This document shows positions 29,195 to 43,494 of a stretch of 64,000 bases of DNA, piece after piece. The stretch is from assembly GCA_963748825.1 (NCBI GenBank), contig CAVVKN010000010.1, positions 1 to 64,000 on the forward strand. Direction: 5' to 3'. The stretch's first letter is position 1. The number at the start of each line of letters is the position of its first letter. Source of the stretch: Methanotrichaceae archaeon (GTDB lineage Archaea > Halobacteriota > Methanosarcinia > Methanotrichales > Methanotrichaceae). A program made the position numbers and the translations under genes. The notes below the pieces were generated by a model. It searched no databases. It was not told the DNA's origin and saw only the letters and a list, made by a program, of their open reading frames with translations.

Positions 29195-29606
29195 GGTGAG
29201 CACGGCAGCGATCTGCAGCTTGGCATTTTAGGGCGCATAGGAGCTCTATCGACCATGCAGCATGGCTAAGTAGTAAGAATAATCCAATAATTTTCCATCA
29301 ATTAAATCAAGCTTTGCGAAAATAGAAAGTTAGGTGAGCACGGCAGCGCTCTGCAGCTTGGCCTTTTAGGGCGCATAGCAGCCCCATCGACCGTGCAGCA
29401 TGGCTAAGTGGTAATAGCAATCCAATAAATTCAAGCTTTGCTAAAATAGAAAGATTAGGTGAGCACGGCAGCGATCTGCAGCTTGGCCTTTTAGGGCGCA
29501 TAGCAGCCCCATCGACCGTGCAGCATGGCTAAGTGGTAATAGTAATCCAATAATTTCAAGCTTTGCGAAAATAGATAAATTAGGTGAGCACGGCAGCGAT
29601 CTACAG
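29195..29606 (-). repeat. Tandem array of three 125-138 bp units, each carrying a copy of the 5S rRNA 3' end
   Basis: GGTGAGCACGGCAGCG(A/C)TCT(G/A)CAG starts at 29195, 29333, 29458 and 29583 (the last is the real 5S end); intervening ~100 bp also conserved. Confidence 0.93.
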
Positions 29607-29712
29607 TTCCCGAGAGCTCGCGCATCTGAGTACAGTGCAGAACGTGGACAGGCTTATCTTCTGAGTTCGGAATGGGTTCAGGAGTTTCCCTGTCGCTCTG
29701 GCCGCCATGCTC
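29583..29712 (-). rRNA. rrf: 5S ribosomal RNA
   Basis: Minus strand GAGCATGGCGGCC...CCCATTCCGAAC...GATCGCTGCCGTGCTC with terminal helix pairing. Confidence 0.95.
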
Positions 29713-29821
29713 GATTCCAAGTACCGGAATCGAACCGGTTTAGTGCCTCCCCGGGCCGTAACCCGGGGTCTTGGGTTAAGTGCCTTAAGCTTTGCGACCA
29801 GATTTCGCCCGAGTTTAGTGG

Positions 29822-32715
<2,894 letters not shown>

Positions 32716-32842
32716 GCTTATGCCCCACTAAACTCAGTGAGCGTCTGGTCGCAAAGCTTGTGCACGGCATCATCGGACCGCTCCGTCAAGAACGGACCTT
32801 CGCCCTTCCACATCGAGTCTGCCTCAATGTGTGCATTGTAAT

Positions 32843-32915
32843 TGGACTTGCTGGGATTCGGACCCAGGGCCTCCGCCTTGCAAAGGCGGCGCTCTACCAG
32901 CTGAGCTACAAGCCC
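32843..32915 (-). tRNA. tRNA-Ala(TGC)
   Basis: GGGCTTGTAGCTCAGCTGGTAGAGCGCCGCCTTTGCAAGGCGG...CAAGTCCA cloverleaf in the 16S-23S spacer; CCA not encoded. Confidence 0.95.
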
Positions 32916-33036
32916 GGGTACTAGCCCCAGCTAATAATCAGAATAGCTGGCTAATTGGTTCTCTTTTTGGTCTCGGTCGACATTTTCAGCTTCCAACTGG
33001 TTACGGGTGGGTATGCTTGTGCATACCCATAACGTT

Positions 33037-34507
<1,471 letters not shown>

Positions 34508-34701
34508 TCACTAGGAAGTATTTCACTTAATATGTTATTCCGAACCAGTCGGAATTGGCTGAGTCGCCAAGACCAATGTCAGACACGAAAAAACTCGCGT
34601 CTCCATCTTTGTTATATCGCAACTTTATAGCTCGACCCTTCAATGATATCGGGGCCCAGCTTTTGGGTTACGACGCCTCATCGGCCCATTAAGGTTGTCA
34701 G

Positions 34702-34880
34702 CCGAGGTATTTAAGCATTTCCCCCTCAACTCATTTTCGGAGAAGACAAGAGAAAACCCGGGCTTTCTTAAACCGATGTCATACTCAGGCCCTATAATCA
34801 CTATCTACAGGACCCGTTGCCCCACCCTTCCAGGCGGGCCGAACTCATCCAATAACTCAGACATATATAACCTTTTTGCT
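34702..34880 (-). promoter_or_regulatory. Two candidate BRE/TATA promoters of the rRNA operon
   Basis: Minus strand GCAAAAAGGTTATATATG (~34862-34879) and GGGAAATGCTTAAATACC (~34706-34723). Confidence 0.6.
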
Positions 34881-34974
34881 CTATTGATTCACGCTATCGC
34901 TTAGTTTTAATATGATCGTAACCGAAAATCCAGGAATAGCAATCCAGGATTAACACGCCTGCTGGAGGTCTTTT

Positions 34975-36927
34975 ATGGGTTATACATTGACTGAGAAAAT
35001 CCTGAGGCAGCACCTCGCGGATGGCTTCTACGAGCCCGGCAAAGAGATCGGCATAAAGATAGACCAAACCCTTACCCAGGACGCAACAGGCACCATGGCC
35101 TATCTCCAATTTGAGTCCATGGGGCTTTCTGATATTGCCACCGAGCTTTCCGTCAGCTACGTTGATCACAACACCATCCAGGTAGGATTCGAAAATGCAG
35201 ATGATCACGCCTACCTGGAGTCGATCGCGAAGAAGTATGGCATCTACTTCTCCCGACCTGGGAACGGCATTTGCCATCAGGTCCACCTGGAGAGATTCGC
35301 CAGGCCCGGCAAAACCCTGTTGGGGTCCGACAGCCACACGCCCACTGCAGGAGGCGTGGGCACCCTGGCTATGGGTGCAGGAGGACTTGATGTAGCCGTT
35401 GCTATGGGTGGGGGCGCATACTACCTTACCGCTCCGCGCGTGATCAATGTCCACCTTACAGGCAAGATGCAACCCTGGGCTACAGCCAAAGACGTAGTCC
35501 TGAAAGTCCTCTCCATCCTGAGCACGAAAGGGAACGTCGGCTGCGTCTGCGAATACACTGGTGAAGGCATTGCCGCACTAACTGTGCCGGAGAGAGCAAC
35601 CATCACCAATATGGGAGCCGAGACAGGCGTCACCACATCCATCTTCCCCAGCGATGAGCAGACGAAGAGATTTCTACAAGCGCAGGAAAGAGGAGAGCAG
35701 TGGACAGCTCTGGCAGCCGACAAAGATGCAGTCTATGATCGCACCATAGAAATCGACCTATCAGAGATCGAGCCACTTGCGTGTGCGCCTCACAGCCCGG
35801 GAAACATAGCCAGAATCAAAGACCAAAATCATCTCGTGGATCAGGTGATGATCGGTTCATGCACCAACTCCTCTTATGTAGATCTCATGACTGTGGCGGC
35901 GATGCTAAAGGGCAAGCATCTTCCTGCTGGCGTATCTTTAGGCATTGCGCCCGGCTCGCGACAGGTGCTGAGCGCTATAGCCAGGAACGGCGCTCTAAGC
36001 GACCTGATAGCCTTCGGAGCCAGAATCCTGGAGTCTTCCTGCGGCTTTTGTATCGGCAACAGCATGTCACCGTGCACGGACTCTGTTTCCGTGCGCACCA
36101 GCAACCGCAATTTCTTAGGTCGATCCGGCACGCCCAGTGCGAGTGTCTACCTGACCAGCCCACTAGTCGCCGCCGCCTCTGCTCTCACCGGCAAGCTAAC
36201 GGACCCTAGAGAACTGGGGATGGACTTTCCCAGAATAGATATGCCGGCGCATTTTGAGATTGATGATAGTATGATTATTCCGCCCCTTCCAGCAACGGAG
36301 CGAGCAAAAATAAAAATCTGCCGCGGCCCCAATATCGGCGAGCCTCCCATTAACGGACCTATGCCGGAGGAGATCTCAGGACAAGTAACCATAAGGGTAG
36401 GAGATCTGGTGACCACGGATCACATAATGCCTGCCGGCTCTCGCCTCAAGTACAGATCCAATGTCCCCAAGTACTCTGAATTCGTCTTTGAGCCGCTGGA
36501 CAAGGAGTTCTACAGCAGGGCATCCGCACTGCGCGATCAGGGCGCGCATAACCTGATCGTGGCAGGTCTTAGCTATGGCCAGGGCTCTTCCCGAGAACAC
36601 GCCGCTCTTTGCCCCATGTACCTGGGAGTGAAAGGGGTGATCGCTAAATCCATAGAGAGGATACATGCGGCCAATCTGGTGAACTTCGGCATAGTACCCT
36701 TCAGCTTTGCCCAGGAATCGGATTGGGACAATTTGCCGGAAAGAACCGAGGTTCGAATACCAGGCATTCGTAAGGCACTGGAGACTGGCAAGGAGAATAT
36801 CATGGCCCTGGCCGGAAATAAGCAGATCACCCTAAATATGAACCTCTCCAAAAGGCAGAGAAACATACTGCTGGCAGGAGGACTATTACCGTTCACCGTG
36901 CAGGCAAGCAAAGGAGCTAAAAAATAA
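34975..36927 (+). CDS. Aconitate hydratase (single-chain aconitase family)
   Basis: QDATG, DHN, GICHQ, GSDSHT, GSCTN, CGFCIG, NRNF, TTDHI, YGQGSSREHAA. Confidence 0.92.
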   Translation: MGYTLTEKILRQHLADGFYEPGKEIGIKIDQTLTQDATGTMAYLQFESMGLSDIATELSVSYVDHNTIQVGFENADDHAYLESIAKKYGIYFSRPGNGICHQVHLERFARPGKTLLGSDSHTPTAGGVGTLAMGAGGLDVAVAMGGGAYYLTAPRVINVHLTGKMQPWATAKDVVLKVLSILSTKGNVGCVCEYTGEGIAALTVPERATITNMGAETGVTTSIFPSDEQTKRFLQAQERGEQWTALAADKDAVYDRTIEIDLSEIEPLACAPHSPGNIARIKDQNHLVDQVMIGSCTNSSYVDLMTVAAMLKGKHLPAGVSLGIAPGSRQVLSAIARNGALSDLIAFGARILESSCGFCIGNSMSPCTDSVSVRTSNRNFLGRSGTPSASVYLTSPLVAAASALTGKLTDPRELGMDFPRIDMPAHFEIDDSMIIPPLPATERAKIKICRGPNIGEPPINGPMPEEISGQVTIRVGDLVTTDHIMPAGSRLKYRSNVPKYSEFVFEPLDKEFYSRASALRDQGAHNLIVAGLSYGQGSSREHAALCPMYLGVKGVIAKSIERIHAANLVNFGIVPFSFAQESDWDNLPERTEVRIPGIRKALETGKENIMALAGNKQITLNMNLSKRQRNILLAGGLLPFTVQASKGAKK

Positions 36928-36996
36928 AAATAAATCTGCCGCCCTGGCAGAGCTTTTCTTTTTTCTATCGTTTCTATCTTTTACAAGCTGCTGCTT

Positions 36997-37479
36997 TTAG
37001 TTAAAGAGGGTTATGATATTTTGCGATAACATTTGTCCTTTTGCATCCTTGCTCGGAGTGCCTGTGCTATTGGATACCACTAAGCTCCCACTTGTCTGGG
37101 GATACGACCAGATTTGATTGATGCCGAACTGACTGTTCACATTTCGGGTCAGAAACTGGCTGTTTCTCTCCGTAGCAGTAAGAGTGAGACCTGCAGTATT
37201 TGCGGCAAAGCTCGTGGCCTTGAATTGCAGTGGAGTGTCAAACCTCAAGGGGAAGGTGTTCATCCAGATGTCCATGTTAGATGTCGCACTCTTGATGCTC
37301 AGATTTTGCTGGTTGGCGATATAGTTGCCCCAGTACGTCTGGACATTGGGTTCAAAGGTAGATGAGCTGGGTGCATTGAAGAATGCAAGCTGAGTGCTGC
37401 TGTAGCCCTCACCCATCATCTGGGCACCGGCCAGGCCCAAGAGGCAGGTTAATGCTATTAGTACTACAATCGTTTTCAT
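36997..37479 (-). CDS. Secreted hypothetical protein
   Basis: Signal peptide MKTIVVLIALTCLLGLAGA; S/T/N-rich. Confidence 0.7.
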   Translation of the reverse strand: MKTIVVLIALTCLLGLAGAQMMGEGYSSTQLAFFNAPSSSTFEPNVQTYWGNYIANQQNLSIKSATSNMDIWMNTFPLRFDTPLQFKATSFAANTAGLTLTATERNSQFLTRNVNSQFGINQIWSYPQTSGSLVVSNSTGTPSKDAKGQMLSQNIITLFN

Positions 37480-37565
37480 ATTAATACATCCTTTTTTATT
37501 CAGTAGTTATCCTCTGCTGAAAATCTGTCCCAACCTATTTATTCCTTATTGGTAAGGGAGAACTT

Positions 37566-38990
37566 ATGCCGGACCGCTTCGAAATACTGCATAAAGATCT
37601 GGCCGGAAGGATCGGCCGGCTTTCCACAATGCATGGCACCATCGAGACTCCCGCGCTCATGCCAGTAGTCAATCCCCATCTCCCCCTCATCCCGCCGGGT
37701 GAGATGGCGAAGATGGGAGCCGATATGATCATCACCAATAGCTACATCATTCACCAGGATCCGGAGCTAAAAATGCAGGCAATTGAGCGTGGGCTGCACG
37801 ACCTCCTGGGATTTTCCGGGCCGATTATGACCGACTCGGGCGCCTTCCAGCTCTCCGTCTATGGAGATATCGATGTTTCTCCCCTGGAGATCTTAAACTT
37901 TCAATTCGCCATAAAATCGGACATCTCTGTGCCCCTGGACATACCAACCCCTCCTGACGTCAGCAGAGAAAGGGCTGAATCTGAGCTGAAAATAACAGAG
38001 GAGCGACTGGTGCAGGCTGCCGCCCTGGAAAGATCGGCCCTTCTCGCCTGCCCAATCCAGGGCTCAACCTATCCCGATCTCAGAGAGAAAGCAGGCCGGT
38101 TCGCCAGAGATCTTCCTTTTGATGTCTATCCCGTGGGCGGGGTGGTTCCGCTCATGGAAGCCTACCGCTATAGCGATCTTGTAGATGTAGTGACATCTGC
38201 CAAGAAGGGGCTCGGCTCGGGCCGGCCCGTGCATCTCTTTGGCGCCGGGCATCCCATGATCTTTGCACTCGCGGCAGCCATGGGCTGCGATCTCTTTGAC
38301 TCGGCGGCATACGCCCTCTACGCCCGACAGGACCGGTACCTGACAGTGCATGGAACCGGCAAGCTGGAGGAGATGAGCTACCTTCCCTGCTGCTGCCCCG
38401 TCTGCCAGGAACATACCTTAAAAGAGCTGATGGATAGCCCCCAAAAGACCAAGCTTCTAGCCCGACACAATCTTTACGTCTCACTGCAGGAGATGAAACA
38501 GGTTAAGGAGAGCATTCGCGAGGGCTCCCTCTGGGATCTCCTGGAGACGCGCTGCCGGTCGCACCCTCGTATGCTGGACGGGCTAAAGAGGCTGGGCGCC
38601 CAGGGCCAGTGGCTGGAGAGCCTCGACACCGCCAGCAAGTCCACATTCTTCTACCTGAGCCCCGAGTGCGCCAGCCGGCCAGAGGTAATGCGCTATGCGC
38701 GAAGGATAGACCGCATCGTTTTGCAGGGCAATGTCCTGATCACCGACGATCCCCAGGCAGACACGTCCGGCTTTGGCCACGTTTTGCACTTCAAGCCGCC
38801 ATTCGGGCCTTATCCTGTGGAGCTGTCCGAGACCTATCCCTTCAATGCTGAGGTTCCGCAGGAGGCAGATGATGCGGCAATGAAGCAAGCTGCGAAAAAC
38901 ACAAAATATCTGATGCGAGCCAATCCTGAGGCCGTGTTCAGCATCCGGCTAAAAATCGGTGATTTAGGAGAACGATTGGAGCAGATGTAG
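37566..38990 (+). CDS. tgtA: tRNA-guanine(15) transglycosylase
   Basis: ETPALMPV, MTDSGAFQ, LDIPT, HLFGAGHP, DLFDSAAY, CCCPVC zinc site. Confidence 0.95.
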   Translation: MPDRFEILHKDLAGRIGRLSTMHGTIETPALMPVVNPHLPLIPPGEMAKMGADMIITNSYIIHQDPELKMQAIERGLHDLLGFSGPIMTDSGAFQLSVYGDIDVSPLEILNFQFAIKSDISVPLDIPTPPDVSRERAESELKITEERLVQAAALERSALLACPIQGSTYPDLREKAGRFARDLPFDVYPVGGVVPLMEAYRYSDLVDVVTSAKKGLGSGRPVHLFGAGHPMIFALAAAMGCDLFDSAAYALYARQDRYLTVHGTGKLEEMSYLPCCCPVCQEHTLKELMDSPQKTKLLARHNLYVSLQEMKQVKESIREGSLWDLLETRCRSHPRMLDGLKRLGAQGQWLESLDTASKSTFFYLSPECASRPEVMRYARRIDRIVLQGNVLITDDPQADTSGFGHVLHFKPPFGPYPVELSETYPFNAEVPQEADDAAMKQAAKNTKYLMRANPEAVFSIRLKIGDLGERLEQM

Positions 38991-39057
38991 AGCTACCCAA
39001 GCCTGGCGAATCTTACCAGGGAGGACCCCTAAGATCGCAATGCATCAACATGAATTG

Positions 39058-39606
39058 TTATGCCTCTGCTTTCGCTTCCGATGATAAGATATCTCGGAAC
39101 GATTCAAGACGACCAGCCAAACGTCTGAGATACGGTAGACCCATGCCAATTCGGTTTCCCAATTCATCATATGAAATATCTAATAATTCGCTTTCATTAG
39201 TGGCAAGAATCTTAACACGATTACCAGATTTCATTAGATATGAAGCGATACCGCTACCAATATTCACGAAGGGAGACAAGTCCCGCATCGTTTCGGGCTT
39301 CATAGGTAAAGGCCTCCAGCTATCAATAATCCTGTTTATTTCATCTATCTTTCTCGCAGCGAGCAGAGAGAGAATAACTCCAACATCAGATAATCGGATT
39401 CCTATCTCATTCTCTAATTTGGGAACATACTCATTAGGAGGATAGTTTATCAAAAGATCTTCTAAATCTTCAATATTGTTGATACCTTCTTTTGACAATT
39501 CGTATATTATCTCCGAAACATACTTGGCCTGAGCATGGACCCTATCGGGAAAATGTATCTTTAGATAATCTACCAATATTTCCAGGTCAATCTTCGTATT
39601 AGGCAT
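39058..39606 (-). CDS. Hypothetical protein downstream of the RelA/SpoT gene
   Basis: GGAGG RBS upstream of ATG 39606; N-terminal LVDYLKIHFPDR...ELSKEGINNIEDL helical segment. Confidence 0.6.
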   Translation of the reverse strand: MPNTKIDLEILVDYLKIHFPDRVHAQAKYVSEIIYELSKEGINNIEDLEDLLINYPPNEYVPKLENEIGIRLSDVGVILSLLAARKIDEINRIIDSWRPLPMKPETMRDLSPFVNIGSGIASYLMKSGNRVKILATNESELLDISYDELGNRIGMGLPYLRRLAGRLESFRDILSSEAKAEA

Positions 39607-39633
39607 TATTTCAGGTCCTCCAAATCCCACTCT

Positions 39634-40467
39634 TCACTTAATTTCTCGTTCTAACCGCAAGTTTAAATCTTTGAGAGCTTCAATGGCATATTCTTTGTCA
39701 CTAGTCGATCCTTCTGCAAGTGATTTACGTAAATTTGCAATATGCTCTTTTATTTTAGTTTCTTTTTGATGTCTTATGCATTCATTTTCATCTTGCAGCA
39801 TTTGGAACTCCCGATCGGCAATCTCTAATAACCCCGCAAGGGCAATGAATCTCCTCTGGAATAGGGCAGGAATTTCCAATGTGCTCTTGTATTGGATGTC
39901 ATGCTCCATTTCCGCCCAAGCATGCTGCAATATGGTTCGCACTTGAATCTCTAATTTAAGATCACTATAGTGCATATATTTAGAATGCGCTGCGCGATCC
40001 GGCCGCATCATTACAATGAAGTGAACGCTTTGGTAACCGAACTTACCTTCACCTATTAGCTTTTCAGATTTATCTTCCTTTTTCGAAATAGTAAATTCCT
40101 GCTCGATGAGGCTGCAAACGACCTCCACTGTTCGAGGAAAATACGTGATCACTCGGACGCCAGCCATGTCCTCAATATTTTCCAAAGGATTTGCGTACTT
40201 TGGTTTCGTCGGATCCGACTCAGAGGGCTTGACAGCTTTCTCGCCGAAATGATCAACCTCTTTAGCTCGCGAAACGATAGCATGATATTTAACATTGCAG
40301 CCATCTAAAATGCCTTTAAGTATGCTCTCGGCTGTTTTTGCAAATTCCTCATAAAGTGGACGCATTACTCTGTATTTCGCGACAGCAGATTCTCTGTGAG
40401 CAATAAAATCGAACTCAGACACTACTTCCGCCTCATCCGCCATTTCCACGACCTTATCTGTGTCCAC
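39634..40467 (-). CDS. RelA/SpoT-domain small alarmone synthetase
   Basis: RAKE..HF.EK, DMAGVRVI, GYQSVHFIV, EIQVRTILQHAWAEMEHDIQYK. Confidence 0.9.
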   Translation of the reverse strand: MDTDKVVEMADEAEVVSEFDFIAHRESAVAKYRVMRPLYEEFAKTAESILKGILDGCNVKYHAIVSRAKEVDHFGEKAVKPSESDPTKPKYANPLENIEDMAGVRVITYFPRTVEVVCSLIEQEFTISKKEDKSEKLIGEGKFGYQSVHFIVMMRPDRAAHSKYMHYSDLKLEIQVRTILQHAWAEMEHDIQYKSTLEIPALFQRRFIALAGLLEIADREFQMLQDENECIRHQKETKIKEHIANLRKSLAEGSTSDKEYAIEALKDLNLRLEREIK

Positions 40468-40475
40468 TCACGGAA

Positions 40476-40676
40476 TCAATTATCGCCATAGAAGCCCCAG
40501 GCCACATCCTGACGTATGAACTGCCCCTTCAGCTCACCATGATGAGTCTCAAGGTACCAACGCACCGCTTCTACTACCAGGCTGTTGAGATCAGGAAACC
40601 AGCCAGCTTTGACCTGAGCCTGCACGTCTTCAGCTAAGCGTTTCGGCAAGGAGATCTCCGCCTTCAACTCAGACAT
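40476..40676 (-). CDS. CopG/ribbon-helix-helix protein
   Basis: AEISLPKRLAEDVQAQVKAGWFPDLNSLVVEAVR RHH pattern. Confidence 0.7.
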   Translation of the reverse strand: MSELKAEISLPKRLAEDVQAQVKAGWFPDLNSLVVEAVRWYLETHHGELKGQFIRQDVAWGFYGDN

Positions 40677-40826
40677 GAGAGGATAACAAGTCACTTTTTA
40701 TAGTTGAACATATCGACTCAAATCTTCTTTTTATATGATTAAGTCACCATTGGTTAATGATATGCTAAAGACCGCCACTTGCCATTCCAGACCACTTGCA
40801 TCGATAAGAAGAGAGGCACAAAAGGC

Positions 40827-42569
40827 ATGACCAAGTACTTCGAGGTAGTCCGGCGCGACGGACCGGCCCGCATGGGAAAGCTGCTAACAGAGCCGCAGAT
40901 CAGCACCCCGGCCCTGATCACAAAGGACGATTACGTCTCGACGGGCAGCGTCTACAGCTACGCATCTCTCTCGGATGCCACAAATGCCGCCGAGGCATTC
41001 AGGGATCAAAAGAAGCTGGCTATACTTCCCTACGTGCCCGCTGCCCTACGCTCCGAGCCGGCCCTGGAGCTGCCACCCCTGGATTTGACGGGCCCCAAGG
41101 GTGTACTGGTCCACCCATTCAGCGTAAAAGAGCCGGAGAAAGCCGATGTCTATGTTCTGGGCAACGCTGGTGCCCTGAGAAATCCCAGAGATCTGGTGGC
41201 AGCCATTGTGGGCGTGAGAGAGAAGATCGCCCCAGACACGGCTCTTTATGCTCCCGCCCTGGCCACACCTGCCAACCTGGCTCTGCTGGTATACCTGGGC
41301 GTCGACCTGCTGGACGGGACGCGCGTCTTAGCCGACGGCCTGTTGGGCCGCTACCACACCCGCGATGGCGTTTGGAAAGCGTCGGAGCTGGTCGAACTGC
41401 CCTGCCTCTGCCAGCATTGCCAGGAGATGGCAGCGAGCGGAAGGAAGACACAGCTGCTTGTTACCCACAATCTGCAAAAGCTGGAAGAGGAGCTGCTCGC
41501 GGTTCGAGAAGCCATTCGCTCGGAGACAATACGCGAATACATCGAGCGGCAGGTGCGGGTGACGCCTGAGCAGACGACGGCTCTACGCCTCCTGGATCAG
41601 GAGCACCAGTACCTGGAGAAGAGGACGCCCCAGAGCCGCCGCAGCACCTTTTATGCCAATTGCGCCGAATCGCTGGGCCGAGTCGAGGTCACTCGTTTTG
41701 CCGAGAGGGTGATCAACCGCTACAAGGCTCCCCAAAGCGATGTCTTGCTGCTCTTGCCCTGCTCGGCAAAAAAGCCCTACTCACTCTCCCGATCGCATCG
41801 GCTCTTCGCGGAGTCTATTGGATCGCACCGCCGCTATCTGCATGAGCTGATATTGACCTCGCCCCTGGCCCTTGTGCCGCGCGAACTGGAGGAGGCCTAT
41901 CCTGCCGCCAGCTACGACGTTCCCGTTACCGGCCACTGGGACAGAGAAGAGAGAGCGTGGCTGTGCAGTTGCCTGGACGCCTATCTCAAGAGGAACAGGT
42001 ACGCCAGGATCGTGGCCCATCTCGATGGAGAGCTGGAACAGGCGGTAAAAGGCAGTGGCATTGAAGCCACATTTACCGGAGGCGGCACCAAAGGCCCGGC
42101 TCTGGACCGCCTCAGTGCGGCTGTAGCCGAAGCCTGCCATGGAGCCATGCGCCTGCCCGATCTGCGCCTCCTTCGCTACCGGGCCCATGCCGATTACTAC
42201 TTCGGCCAGGGAGCCGGCGATCTTCTCCTGGAAGGAAAGATCATAGTGAAGGGGAGGGAGATTCAGGACGAGCAGAAGAGGCCCCTGGCAGCGACAACGC
42301 CCAGCGGCATGATCGCCCTCTCCTTGGCCGGAGCCCGGCGGCTGGAGCCCCTCGGAAAATACATCGTCAAGATTGGCGACTTCCTGCCCAAGGGCTCCTT
42401 GCTGGCGCCAGGTGTGTTGGACGCAGACGAGCAGATCCGGCCGGGAGACGAGGTAATAGTGGTAGGAGAGAAGGCCTTCGGCATAGGCAGGGCCAAAATG
42501 TCCGGCTGGGAAATGATCGCATCCCGCCGGGGAGTGGCTGTGGAGATCAGGCATATCAAGGGAAGGTAG
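40827..42569 (+). CDS. arcS: Archaeosine synthase subunit alpha
   Basis: YFEVVRRDGPARMG, LLLPCSAKKPYS.SRSH, SPLALVPRELE..YPA..YD.PVTG.W, C-terminal PUA domain. Confidence 0.92.
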   Translation: MTKYFEVVRRDGPARMGKLLTEPQISTPALITKDDYVSTGSVYSYASLSDATNAAEAFRDQKKLAILPYVPAALRSEPALELPPLDLTGPKGVLVHPFSVKEPEKADVYVLGNAGALRNPRDLVAAIVGVREKIAPDTALYAPALATPANLALLVYLGVDLLDGTRVLADGLLGRYHTRDGVWKASELVELPCLCQHCQEMAASGRKTQLLVTHNLQKLEEELLAVREAIRSETIREYIERQVRVTPEQTTALRLLDQEHQYLEKRTPQSRRSTFYANCAESLGRVEVTRFAERVINRYKAPQSDVLLLLPCSAKKPYSLSRSHRLFAESIGSHRRYLHELILTSPLALVPRELEEAYPAASYDVPVTGHWDREERAWLCSCLDAYLKRNRYARIVAHLDGELEQAVKGSGIEATFTGGGTKGPALDRLSAAVAEACHGAMRLPDLRLLRYRAHADYYFGQGAGDLLLEGKIIVKGREIQDEQKRPLAATTPSGMIALSLAGARRLEPLGKYIVKIGDFLPKGSLLAPGVLDADEQIRPGDEVIVVGEKAFGIGRAKMSGWEMIASRRGVAVEIRHIKGR

Positions 42570-42573
42570 GGAT

Positions 42574-43035
42574 ATGAGAGGAATGAGGGGGAGAAGAAAA
42601 GAGAAGACAGGTCTGGACATGATCAAACCGATCTCGTTTTATTCTAGCGAAAGCGAGAAGGTCAAACTTAACTGGTTCTGCTATGAACTCTCCTTGTCGA
42701 TATACGATAGCATGAAAAATAAAATTGCAATCCTTCTCAAGAGACGGAAGATCAGCAATGAAACCCTTGCGGATTTTTCGATTTACTATGCAAAGGGAAT
42801 GAAGGATGTTGTCCTCCAGCAATTATCCGGCAAAATCGAAAAGGTCTGCATCTCATACGAGCCGATAGAATCATACTTTCCCGATATCGGCGATGAGATG
42901 ATCAATAAAATGACGGATGTAATCTCTGAAGCATGGGATGAGATGCTCAGTTTTTGTGAAGTATGCCCGAATCGATGCATCAGCGAGAAGGATGCATTCT
43001 GTACCCTGTTTGATGACAGGCATCTCTTCGATTGA
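42574..43035 (+). CDS. Hypothetical protein with C-terminal Cys cluster
   Basis: CEVCPNRC...C motif; start may be ATG 42619. Confidence 0.6.
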   Translation: MRGMRGRRKEKTGLDMIKPISFYSSESEKVKLNWFCYELSLSIYDSMKNKIAILLKRRKISNETLADFSIYYAKGMKDVVLQQLSGKIEKVCISYEPIESYFPDIGDEMINKMTDVISEAWDEMLSFCEVCPNRCISEKDAFCTLFDDRHLFD

Positions 43036-43400
43036 GGAGATTTTATTGCTGCTTAAAGTGCCTTTTGCATATTGAAGAGGTGAGCGACACGGAGCTAATT
43101 GATGAGATGAAAGTCCATTTGCCAATTCCCGCTTATGCAAGCCGGGATTTGAGCATACTTTTCATCAAGAATAGTTTGGACATCACACAGGAAAAGGAAT
43201 TGAAGATCATCGAGGTAGCGCAATCCGGAGAGGAGGGAGGCATAGCCTGTTTCCTGGATATTCCTGAGCACTTTATCGTCTCATTAACGCTGCTCAGGAT
43301 AAAGCCGGATCACCCTCTGTACGACAAGATCTCTGCCTATCAAAAGAAAAGGATTAGAAGCATCTTCAGGGCGAAAGGTCTGAGCCCGAGAAGACTATAG
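43032..43400 (+). CDS. Hypothetical protein
   Basis: ORF with EEGGIAC...VSLTLL..KPDHPL..KI.AYQKKR; start uncertain. Confidence 0.5.
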   Translation: MRRFYCCLKCLLHIEEVSDTELIDEMKVHLPIPAYASRDLSILFIKNSLDITQEKELKIIEVAQSGEEGGIACFLDIPEHFIVSLTLLRIKPDHPLYDKISAYQKKRIRSIFRAKGLSPRRL

Positions 43401-43494
43401 GAGGCAGGGCGCACGCACTGGGGCTTGCCCCGGCATGCTTGATGATGCACATTATCAGATCTGGCCAAGAGGTACATTATTGGAGAAATAAAAT

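Noticed and set aside
29195-29606. CRISPR array interpretation of the repeats
   Set aside because: The intervening sequences are near-identical rather than unique spacers, the period is 125-138 bp, and no cas genes are present
39634-39636. Selenocysteine or programmed read-through of the TGA between the synthetase and the next ORF
   Set aside because: The downstream ORF has its own RBS and ATG, no SECIS is evident, and this lineage is not known to use Sec
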